From positions 1-64,000 of the IMG/VR virus record IMGVR_UViG_2824993554_000003: a DNA stretch of 64,000 nt. One strand, written 5' to 3'. Shown piece after piece: positions 56,896 through 64,000 of this stretch. The notes below the pieces were generated by a model. It saw only the letters and a program-made list of their open reading frames with translations. It was not told the origin of the DNA and searched no databases. Position numbers and translations under genes: made by a program. Origin of the DNA: a virus (lineage: Duplodnaviria > Caudoviricetes). How positions within the stretch are numbered: position 1 is the first letter of the stretch; every line of letters starts with the position of its first letter.

Positions 56896-57226
56896 CCTTG
56901 CTTCCTCGCATTTCGTTTAAACGCATCAGCCGGTGATAGTATTCCTCGACCTTTCGAATAGCCTCGCGCGGTTCAACTTCGAAGCCTTGGTGGAGCGTCA
57001 GCCTTCGGCGCACACTTGGGCCAAGAACACTCCATTGCCACATGCCGTTATTCGGCCCGCCGCTCTCCATTCGTATCCTCCCGATAATTATTTCCCCGTC
57101 ATAGCCCAGCCAATCGAGATCCGTCGGCTGATCGCGTTCGTCGATCTTCGTGCCGCGCCATTTGTAGAGTGGTTGGTATCGAGTGTGCATGTTCCGGAAC
57201 ATCGCCCCGGCCGGCCCAATAATCAA
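56885..57226 (-). CDS. Hypothetical protein
   Basis: IGRIR..GMWQWS ORF divergent from the ligase. Confidence 0.6.
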   Translation of the reverse strand: MIIGPAGAMFRNMHTRYQPLYKWRGTKIDERDQPTDLDWLGYDGEIIIGRIRMESGGPNNGMWQWSVLGPSVRRRLTLHQGFEVEPREAIRKVEEYYHRLMRLNEMRGSKDDR

Positions 57227-57270
57227 TCTGGGTTAGTTGCTTTTTAAGCTGTTGTTGTTGTCATGGTGGC

Positions 57271-58320
57271 ATGACAAAGGCGCCTCGTAAGCTTTCCAAG
57301 CCGCTGCGCGGCGACGCCGAAGCTCCGATCCGAAGCAGGCCGCGCCAAAAGCGCGATCCAGCCCAGCCGAACCTTCTCCTCGATCCAATGCCGGCGCGCA
57401 TCGAGCCATGCCTGGCCCTGTTGAAGTCGCGCCCGCCGAAAGGGCCGCAATGGGTGTTCGAAGTGAAATGGGATGGCTACCGCGTTGCAGTCCACATCGC
57501 GCCGTCCGGCGTTCGCATCCTGACGCGCGGCGGGCACGACTGGACACACCGCTTCCCGGCGATCGCGGCCGAAGCGGCGCAGCTCGGCGCGGCGACGGCA
57601 ATCCTCGATGGCGAAGCCGTAGTGTTGGACGACCAGGGCCGCTCGGATTTCGGCAAGCTGCAGCAGTCGCTGGGCGGCCGGGGCGGGAAGTTGAATTCCG
57701 GCGCATCGGTCCTGATGGCTTTCGATCTTCTATATTTCGATGGCCACGATCTGACGAAGACAGAGCTTTCGACGCGACGGCATCTGCTCGAGGGCCTCAT
57801 CGCGCCCGGTCGAGAAAGCGCGATACGCCTCTCCGAAGACGTCGACGCCGACGGCGAGCAGCTGCTGCGCGTCGCTTGCAAGCATGGGCTCGAAGGCATC
57901 ATCGCGAAAGACCGCAACAGCACGTATCGCAGCGGCCGCCTCGGCGACTGGCTGAAGATCAAGTGCATCCAGAGTGACGGTTTTCTGATCATCGGATATG
58001 AGAGGTCGATGGCATCCTTCGGGGGCATCGGGCGGTTGCTGCTCGCCGCGCGCAAGGGCGACCAACTCGTCTATGTCGGGGGAGTGGGAACGGGGTTTAA
58101 CGAACGGTCCGCGACTGAACTCCGGGGGCAGATGGACCAGCTGGTCATCGGCAAGCCGGCTGTCGATACCGGGCGGAAGCGTAATGCCGTCTTTATCGAG
58201 CCGAAGCTTGTTGCCGAGATCGAATATCGGGCGTGGACGCACGACGGCAAGCTGCGGCATGCGTCGTATAAGGGGCTGCGAGAGGCGGCGGACGAAGTTT
58301 CGATTTGTGAAGTGGAGTGA
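57271..58320 (+). CDS. ATP-dependent DNA ligase (LigD ligase-domain type)
   Basis: EVKWDGYR, LDGEAV, AFDLLY, EGIIAK, WLKIK, LRHASYKGLR. Confidence 0.93.
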   Translation: MTKAPRKLSKPLRGDAEAPIRSRPRQKRDPAQPNLLLDPMPARIEPCLALLKSRPPKGPQWVFEVKWDGYRVAVHIAPSGVRILTRGGHDWTHRFPAIAAEAAQLGAATAILDGEAVVLDDQGRSDFGKLQQSLGGRGGKLNSGASVLMAFDLLYFDGHDLTKTELSTRRHLLEGLIAPGRESAIRLSEDVDADGEQLLRVACKHGLEGIIAKDRNSTYRSGRLGDWLKIKCIQSDGFLIIGYERSMASFGGIGRLLLAARKGDQLVYVGGVGTGFNERSATELRGQMDQLVIGKPAVDTGRKRNAVFIEPKLVAEIEYRAWTHDGKLRHASYKGLREAADEVSICEVE

Positions 58321-58341
58321 AGCTCAACAGCGCGCGGTAGA

Positions 58342-59229
58342 TCAACGGGCAGCCGATCTGGACATAGCTCTTTGTTCGGCCTTGCTTGCGAAAACGCGTT
58401 CGGGGTGGACAGTCTCCGGACCAAAGATCATTACCTCCGAGCCCCTCCCGTAGTTTCGGGCGCTATATCCAATGCTGAATTGTTCCTGATCGCAATCACT
58501 ATAGATACGGCGAATCTGTTCGACATTGTCGTATGAGGCGACCCATGAATGACGCTCGATCGCCTTCACCACCTCGGCGAGATCGACGTGATCAGCGTGC
58601 ACAAAATGGTTCTGGTATAGTGAAGCACCCTTCACATAGTAAGGCGGATCAATATAAATCAGGCTGCGTGGTTTGATAGCCGGCACGTGACTGGCCAAGA
58701 ACGCGCTTGCATCAAGGTTCGTTAAAGTTATTCGACGACGAAACATTCCAATCCTCCTGATCCTCTGGATCAGGTCGTCTTTGTTGAACCGGCAATCAAT
58801 CTTCCAATCGCCCTCTTGGGAAAGACCGCCAATCATGCCGCCGTTCAAGATGCCTGATCGATTTGTCCGGTTTAGAAAGAAAGTTGAGAATCCGACTTCC
58901 ATTACATCGCGATTCTGAGTTTCTCTTTTAATCTCTCTCGCGGCGAGCCAAGTCTCGACGGTTACAGGTGTGGTCTGGATCTTTTTCACAAACTCGTCGG
59001 TGTGGTCGATCACTGCTTTCCAGAAAGCGTAGACCGACCAGTCGATATCATTGATGTGAATGTGCCTCACTCGCTCCGAAAAAAGCAGATCAAGGGCTAC
59101 CGCGGCGCCTCCCGCGAATGGTTCGGCGTAGTGGGCGCCTTCAAGCTTGTTCAACTCCAGCAAGGTGGCAAAGTATGGGGCAAGTTTGCCTTTGCCGCCC
59201 GGATAACGCAGGGGGGAATAGTTTGTCAT
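58342..59229 (-). CDS. Dam-family DNA adenine methylase
   Basis: SPLRYPGGK, EPFAGGA, INDID, FFLNRTNRSG, YIDPPY. Confidence 0.92.
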   Translation of the reverse strand: MTNYSPLRYPGGKGKLAPYFATLLELNKLEGAHYAEPFAGGAAVALDLLFSERVRHIHINDIDWSVYAFWKAVIDHTDEFVKKIQTTPVTVETWLAAREIKRETQNRDVMEVGFSTFFLNRTNRSGILNGGMIGGLSQEGDWKIDCRFNKDDLIQRIRRIGMFRRRITLTNLDASAFLASHVPAIKPRSLIYIDPPYYVKGASLYQNHFVHADHVDLAEVVKAIERHSWVASYDNVEQIRRIYSDCDQEQFSIGYSARNYGRGSEVMIFGPETVHPERVFASKAEQRAMSRSAAR

Positions 59230-59280
59230 GAGAGACTCCGTTTCCCCTGAAATAGCACCGACCTCGTCACTCGGCCAGCG

Positions 59281-60723
59281 TTATTTCCCATTCTTTTCAA
59301 GATGTTCGAAAAGCTTCTCAAAATAGGGCTGAAGCCGATCCCATCCCGTGATGATTTCGAGCGAGGACGGTATAGCTAAATGGCTGTGGATGGCCTGGTT
59401 AAGATGATCCAGCGTATGAGTCTTGCCTTGGGTGGCATTCCCAATGTCTCGCGCATCATCAAGGCGCTTATCAGCTTTCTGAGGGTCAATGATCGTGAGT
59501 ACTGTTGCGACTTTTGTCCGCAGTTTCACCTGCGATTCATGCCAGCCCTGAGGATGTGGACAGGGAACTTGCATGTCATCGAGGAACACCATCGACGCTT
59601 TTTCAAGAAAGATCCGGACCATAACGGCAGCAATATGTGGACTACTATCGACGTTGAGCTTGCGTAGTTCACTGTAGAGCTTATTCAGCCCGTGATTGCT
59701 TATGCGAAGACCCGACGCAGCAAGCCATTTTCTTTGCTTGACTGGCTTCGACCGGGCGATGTTATGGGCTGAATTTGCCTGCTGCACGGCGCCGCCCGTG
59801 CCCGAGCTGGTGCTGTTTCCGCCCGCTGGCGCAACGCCTCCCGCGTTTCCGCCTCCGCTCGAAGATCCTGTCCCGCCAGCTTGCGTGGGGGAACTGGATT
59901 GCGTGCCAGTGCTCCCGATCTGAGGCTTCTTTCGTACATTGAGATTTTCAAAACCCTCGATAAAAGTCTTTTGAAGGTCGGCGGAGGTGACTTTTGTCTC
60001 GGTGAAATCCTTCTTCCCCATCTCCAGGTACATTGCGACCAGTAGCGCGCATGCGGCTTTTACATCGCCATTCTCAGGGGTCAGGTTTCCCGCCCTATCG
60101 AAGGAAAGACCGAGGGTGGTCGCAATATTCGGCGAGCCAAGAACCCTTTCTACTGTCGTGGTTTTTCCAGCAATGCCGTCCATTAGATGGTCGGTGACTT
60201 CCCCGTTCTGATCAAGATAGTTCAGGGCGGTCATCCATCGAGCGAACCTGCCTTCCGATGCGTCGCTTCGGGCGGTTGCAACAGCATTCCATGCAACAAC
60301 ACCCTTGCCGCCCATAGCATTGTAGTGTTTGCGCTTGATCCATTCGAAGGCGTCTTTGCGGCCTAACACCACACACTCCACCTTATCAATGCCCATAGCC
60401 AGGAACGTTGGGCTCAATTTCTTAAAGATAGGGTATCCGGGCGTACCCGCAGCAATCGCTGGACTGACCAGTGTCTTCAATGCGGTGATGCGGCGGTTTC
60501 CTTCCAATGCGATGTAGCCGCCGGGATTATTGGGATCGTCGGTCACGATCAAAAGCGACGAAGGATCGAGACCATTCATATCAATAATATCTTGAGCTAG
60601 CTCTGACACCTTGTGCGTCTTCTCATCGGATAAGATGATTTGCATCGCCTCCCGCTCGGTGCCGACCTTCTTGTGACGGAAATTTTCAACGTCGAGTGAA
60701 ACCGAGCTGATGTCTATTTGCAT
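59281..60723 (-). CDS. ParB/Srx-like N-terminal domain protein with HEPN-like C-terminus
   Basis: LDVENFRH, ALEGNRRITALK; Gly/Ser linker; RIFLE...LNQAIHS. Confidence 0.7.
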   Translation of the reverse strand: MQIDISSVSLDVENFRHKKVGTEREAMQIILSDEKTHKVSELAQDIIDMNGLDPSSLLIVTDDPNNPGGYIALEGNRRITALKTLVSPAIAAGTPGYPIFKKLSPTFLAMGIDKVECVVLGRKDAFEWIKRKHYNAMGGKGVVAWNAVATARSDASEGRFARWMTALNYLDQNGEVTDHLMDGIAGKTTTVERVLGSPNIATTLGLSFDRAGNLTPENGDVKAACALLVAMYLEMGKKDFTETKVTSADLQKTFIEGFENLNVRKKPQIGSTGTQSSSPTQAGGTGSSSGGGNAGGVAPAGGNSTSSGTGGAVQQANSAHNIARSKPVKQRKWLAASGLRISNHGLNKLYSELRKLNVDSSPHIAAVMVRIFLEKASMVFLDDMQVPCPHPQGWHESQVKLRTKVATVLTIIDPQKADKRLDDARDIGNATQGKTHTLDHLNQAIHSHLAIPSSLEIITGWDRLQPYFEKLFEHLEKNGK

Positions 60724-61042
60724 GCTGCCCCTCAAATCAACTGGAAGTATGTATCTGTTATTAAGTAAACGAGCGCGCAAATAAAGAGGGGGAAGAAGAT
60801 AAAGGGAATTTGCGCAGCGGACCGAGTGCGGACCGATTGATTGGCAAAAATCAGAATGGACGGGAACATAAAGAAACCGGCTGTCCCGAATGGGTTTTCG
60901 CGGAGCCTTCTCCGTTCGTGGGGGTCTGATCGCCAGAAAACTCAAGAAAACCTGTAGCTAAGTCGATTTAGCTCCGACACGCCTACACGCGCGCGACCAA
61001 ATGTGAGAGCGTTCTCCCTGTGCGAATCTTTGGAGCGACGAG

Positions 61043-61780
61043 ATGGCCGAACAATGGACATGCCCATTTTGCAACCATCACCAACTCTTTACAGACGCCA
61101 ATCTTCATTCAGCGCTCATTAAATTGCACATTGGCAAGTCGACACACGGGGAGACCGGTTTGGCTTACACTGCAATCCGTTGCGTCAACGCGGATTGTAA
61201 CGAAGTCGATTTGTCAGTTAGGTTTGTTAAGACGGTCGCTCGTGGCAACGGTGCTTGGCTGATAGAGAAGGACATCCAAGGCTGGCAACTCCGCCCAGGC
61301 AGTTCCTCCAAACCTCAGCCCGAATACATCCCCGCTACGCTTCGCGAGGATTATTTGGAAGCGTGTGCGATCGCCAGCACCAGTCCCAAAGCCTCAGCGA
61401 CGCTAGCGCGACGCTGCCTTCAGGGTATGATCCGAGACTTTTGCGGCATTGCCAAGGGCCGCCTGATAGATGAAATCAAGGAACTCAATAAGCGGCTGGA
61501 TGACGGAAGCGCGCCCCGCGGTGTGGAACCTGAGACTGTCGAAGCGATCGACGCGGTGCGCGACATCGGGAACATCGGTGCGCATATGGAAAAGGACATC
61601 AACCTCATTATTGATGTCGAATCTGGTGAAGCTCGAGCCCTGATAGAACTGATCGAGATGCTCTTCGACGAGTGGTATGTCGCACGACACAAGCGAGAGC
61701 AAAGGTTGGCGGCAGTTAAGACTATCGCTGCGGAAAAGAAAGCTGCGATCGCTGCAGGCCGGGCAGGCAACACTGGATGA
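61043..61780 (+). CDS. DUF4145 (HEPN) domain protein
   Basis: CPFC, EDYLEA, SPKASATLARRCLQ, RDIGNIGAH. Confidence 0.88.
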   Translation: MAEQWTCPFCNHHQLFTDANLHSALIKLHIGKSTHGETGLAYTAIRCVNADCNEVDLSVRFVKTVARGNGAWLIEKDIQGWQLRPGSSSKPQPEYIPATLREDYLEACAIASTSPKASATLARRCLQGMIRDFCGIAKGRLIDEIKELNKRLDDGSAPRGVEPETVEAIDAVRDIGNIGAHMEKDINLIIDVESGEARALIELIEMLFDEWYVARHKREQRLAAVKTIAAEKKAAIAAGRAGNTG

Positions 61781-61954
61781 CGCTTCGCCAGCAGATGATC
61801 GGGCTCTCGTCGTCAAAGACTGACGAATGCAATGCTGATCGAGGATTTTCCCGCAGATGCGTTAGCGACCTCGCGTTGGAAGCGCTACCAAATGCTACAC
61901 TATCGCGCAGTCTCTGCCCACATATTGCGCCCAAAAGCATGCCGGCACGCAAAA

Positions 61955-63574
61955 TTATGCTGCGAACCGGCCCAGAATAATTTGGGGGGATAGCGTGAGT
62001 CGGACCTCCGCTACCACTAAAACAGCCGACAGTTCCTCGCCGGCTATCGCGGACAGCCAGCCCTTAATCTCATAGCGATATTCCTGACCCGGTTCTCTCG
62101 GGTGGACGATCACGCTTGAAACGACCTGTCGGAAGGCCGTTCCCAGCTCGATCGATGGCTCGGCGCCGGGGCTGTTGACAATCTCGGCAATGTTTTCGAC
62201 ATCCTCTCGAAATTTCTCCACCGCTTTCGGCTTCAGTTCGATGATGTTCGTTGGCGGCTCTTCGGCTTCAAGTTCCAGCCTGAGGCGGCTGCGTTCCGAT
62301 TTTAGCCCGGGCAAAATCGCCAAGACGTCCTCTTCCTCGATCGTTCCCTTCGCCACCTGCTCTAGCACGCGCGCAATCTGCGCCTGGACGTCCGCCAGTG
62401 CGTTTTCCTTCGCTCCACGGCTGTTGCGCCGCTCCATGGCGATACGCTTGCTCTCTGCCTTGTATTCCTCGACGTAGGCATCGATCACCGAGGTATCGGC
62501 GAACATTATCCGCAGGCGCTCGATTACGTCCCTCTCGATCTTCGCCACGTAGTAGCGGGCGTTGTTGCTGCAACTCTTGGATTCCTTATGGGTGCTGCAG
62601 ACCACACGCGGGCCGCTGCGGTCAGCGCCGATGATTGACAACCCGCCTCCGCAAGCTCCGCACTTGAGCAGTCCCGACAGCAGCCGCTTGTTCTTTGGTG
62701 CCGTGTGCGCATGTTTCCCGCCGACAGCTTCCTTGCGGTTTCTCACGGCCTGAAACAGGTTGTCGTCGATGATGCGCAGGTGAGGAACGTCGATTTCTTC
62801 CACGACCGACTCGTCATTGACGCGGGATACGCGCCGGCCGGTGGCAGGATCTTTGATCATTCGGACTCTGTTCCAGATGAGCTTACCGGCGTAGAGCGGG
62901 TTGCGCAGGATGCCGTAGCCGCGCTTGTCGTTGCCGTTGATCGTGCTGGCGTTCCACTGCTTCCCGCGCGGGGCAGGGCATCGCTCGTCGTTGAGCATGG
63001 CGGCTATCGTCCTCGGGCCGATGCCCGCGGCGTAGAGCTCGAATATGCGGCGCACGATCACCGCTTCTCCCTCGTCGATCTCCAATTGGCCCTTTTGACC
63101 GTAGATCGGCTGGTACCCGTAGGCCTTGCCGCCAGGATGGCGCCCAGAGCGCACGACGCCGGTCATGCCGCGCTTTACCTTGCGGGCCCCTTCCTCGCGC
63201 TGCATCTGTCCGACAATGCCGTACATGCCGATCTGGACAGTATCCATCAGGCCGCCGTTGACGCATTGCATCTCGATGTTGCGGAACTTCAGCACCTTGT
63301 GCACGTGAGCGAGGTCGGCAATGTCACGCGATACGCGATCGGTGGATTCCGTGACCAGGATATCAAACTCGCCCCGTTCGGCGGCCGTCATAAGATCAGC
63401 AAGGCCAGGACGGCCGAACATTGAAGCGCCCGACTTTGCCTTGTCCGAAAACTGCTTGATAACCTTGGCGCCGAGCCGGCCAGCGAAGTCCCGGCATAGG
63501 CTGAACTGGTCCTCGACCGATTTATCGTTCTGCAAATCGGTCGAGTAGCGAGCGTAGATCACCGCGCGTTTCAT
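61955..63574 (-). CDS. Large serine recombinase of a second, tandem element
   Basis: YARYSTDLQ, DRVSR, CGACGG; colinear with 1..1620. Confidence 0.95.
   Translation of the reverse strand: MKRAVIYARYSTDLQNDKSVEDQFSLCRDFAGRLGAKVIKQFSDKAKSGASMFGRPGLADLMTAAERGEFDILVTESTDRVSRDIADLAHVHKVLKFRNIEMQCVNGGLMDTVQIGMYGIVGQMQREEGARKVKRGMTGVVRSGRHPGGKAYGYQPIYGQKGQLEIDEGEAVIVRRIFELYAAGIGPRTIAAMLNDERCPAPRGKQWNASTINGNDKRGYGILRNPLYAGKLIWNRVRMIKDPATGRRVSRVNDESVVEEIDVPHLRIIDDNLFQAVRNRKEAVGGKHAHTAPKNKRLLSGLLKCGACGGGLSIIGADRSGPRVVCSTHKESKSCSNNARYYVAKIERDVIERLRIMFADTSVIDAYVEEYKAESKRIAMERRNSRGAKENALADVQAQIARVLEQVAKGTIEEEDVLAILPGLKSERSRLRLELEAEEPPTNIIELKPKAVEKFREDVENIAEIVNSPGAEPSIELGTAFRQVVSSVIVHPREPGQEYRYEIKGWLSAIAGEELSAVLVVAEVRLTLSPQIILGRFAA
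62005..62017 (+). repeat. Right att core CCTCCGCTACCAC
   Basis: Identical to 33..45. Confidence 0.88.
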
Positions 63575-63699
63575 TGCTTTGTCGCCTGCTGTTCCCCTGA
63601 AAGGTTTTCATTAGCGGGCTTGGGCGGGAGGGCGTCAAGCCGCGCCCGCCGCCTGGCGAGCGCTTTGACGAGTTCGATCAAGGGGGTTTCGGTCGCCAT
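63571..63699 (-). CDS. 42-aa protein coupled to the second recombinase (not in the ORF track)
   Basis: MATETPLIELVKALARRRARLDALPPKPANEN...; ATGA overlap with the recombinase start. Confidence 0.6.
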   Translation of the reverse strand: MATETPLIELVKALARRRARLDALPPKPANENLSGEQQATKQ

Positions 63700-63702
63700 C
63701 GG

Positions 63703-64000
63703 CTACTTTCCCCCGCTATCCACAGGCGCCGGTTCCTCCCCGAGCAACGACCTGAGGAAAACGCGCAAGGCGCGCTCGCTGCCGATTGTGCAGTTGGCGA
63801 TACTGTCGAAGACGTTATCGTCGCGCAGCGCGATTTCCGCTTTTGCTCGGACATCCTCGATCGACCGGCACGGCTCTTTCAACATCGCCGTCTCAGCCTC
63901 TTCCTTCGCTTGCCAGACCTCGTCGTGGTCGTTGCGAGGATTCAGCGTCACCTCATTGCTGAACCGAGTGTCCGCGTCGCGCCAATCCTGGATGACCTGA
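63703..64000 (-). CDS. Hypothetical protein, probably 5'-truncated by the window
   Basis: Open frame containing PCRSIEDVRAKA. Confidence 0.5.
   Translation of the reverse strand, partial: QVIQDWRDADTRFSNEVTLNPRNDHDEVWQAKEEAETAMLKEPCRSIEDVRAKAEIALRDDNVFDSIANCTIGSERALRVFLRSLLGEEPAPVDSGGK

Larger units (their letters stand above)
33..62017. mobile_element. Complete-looking temperate siphovirus prophage
   Basis: Integration, immunity, replication, packaging, head, tail and lysis modules in canonical order, bounded by a 13-bp direct repeat. Confidence 0.93.
62005..64000. mobile_element. Start of a second integrated element at the same tRNA site
   Basis: Own recombinase crossing the att core; runs off the window. 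Confidence 0.75.

Noticed and set aside
60724-60945. N-terminal extension of the 554-aa ORF
   Set aside because: The ATG at 60723 has a good RBS; upstream sequence looks like promoter DNA.

Overview
Nearly the whole window (about 33..62017) is one apparently complete temperate siphovirus prophage. Gene content, alphaproteobacterial LexA boxes and the tRNA sequence suggest a Rhizobiaceae host (inference). It is integrated in the 3' end of a tRNA-Met(CAT) gene whose 3' half opens the window. Order: large serine recombinase, leftward early genes (DUF1643, ASCH, DUF4326, DUF5131), cI/cro switch with five operator-like sites, rightward early genes (CII-like, three DNA methyltransferases, HicAB, replication protein with iterons, NusG paralog), HNH/cos/terminase/HK97-type head, long non-contractile tail, acyltransferase moron, lysis cassette, SGNH-like protein, and an accessory arm (duplicated small-ORF plus hairpin units, ATP-dependent ligase, Dam-like MTase plus ParB-like protein, DUF4145). 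Beyond attR begins a second element with a related serine recombinase. Most striking observation: the crossover lies inside the 3' end of both recombinase genes, so integration swaps their C-terminal tails. The prophage enzyme now ends in tRNA-derived EGFEPPTQGL, and the neighbour's enzyme carries the phage-derived VRLTLSPQIILGRFAA tail, which looks like a ClpXP degron. All calls come from reading motifs by eye; no database search or folding program was run.
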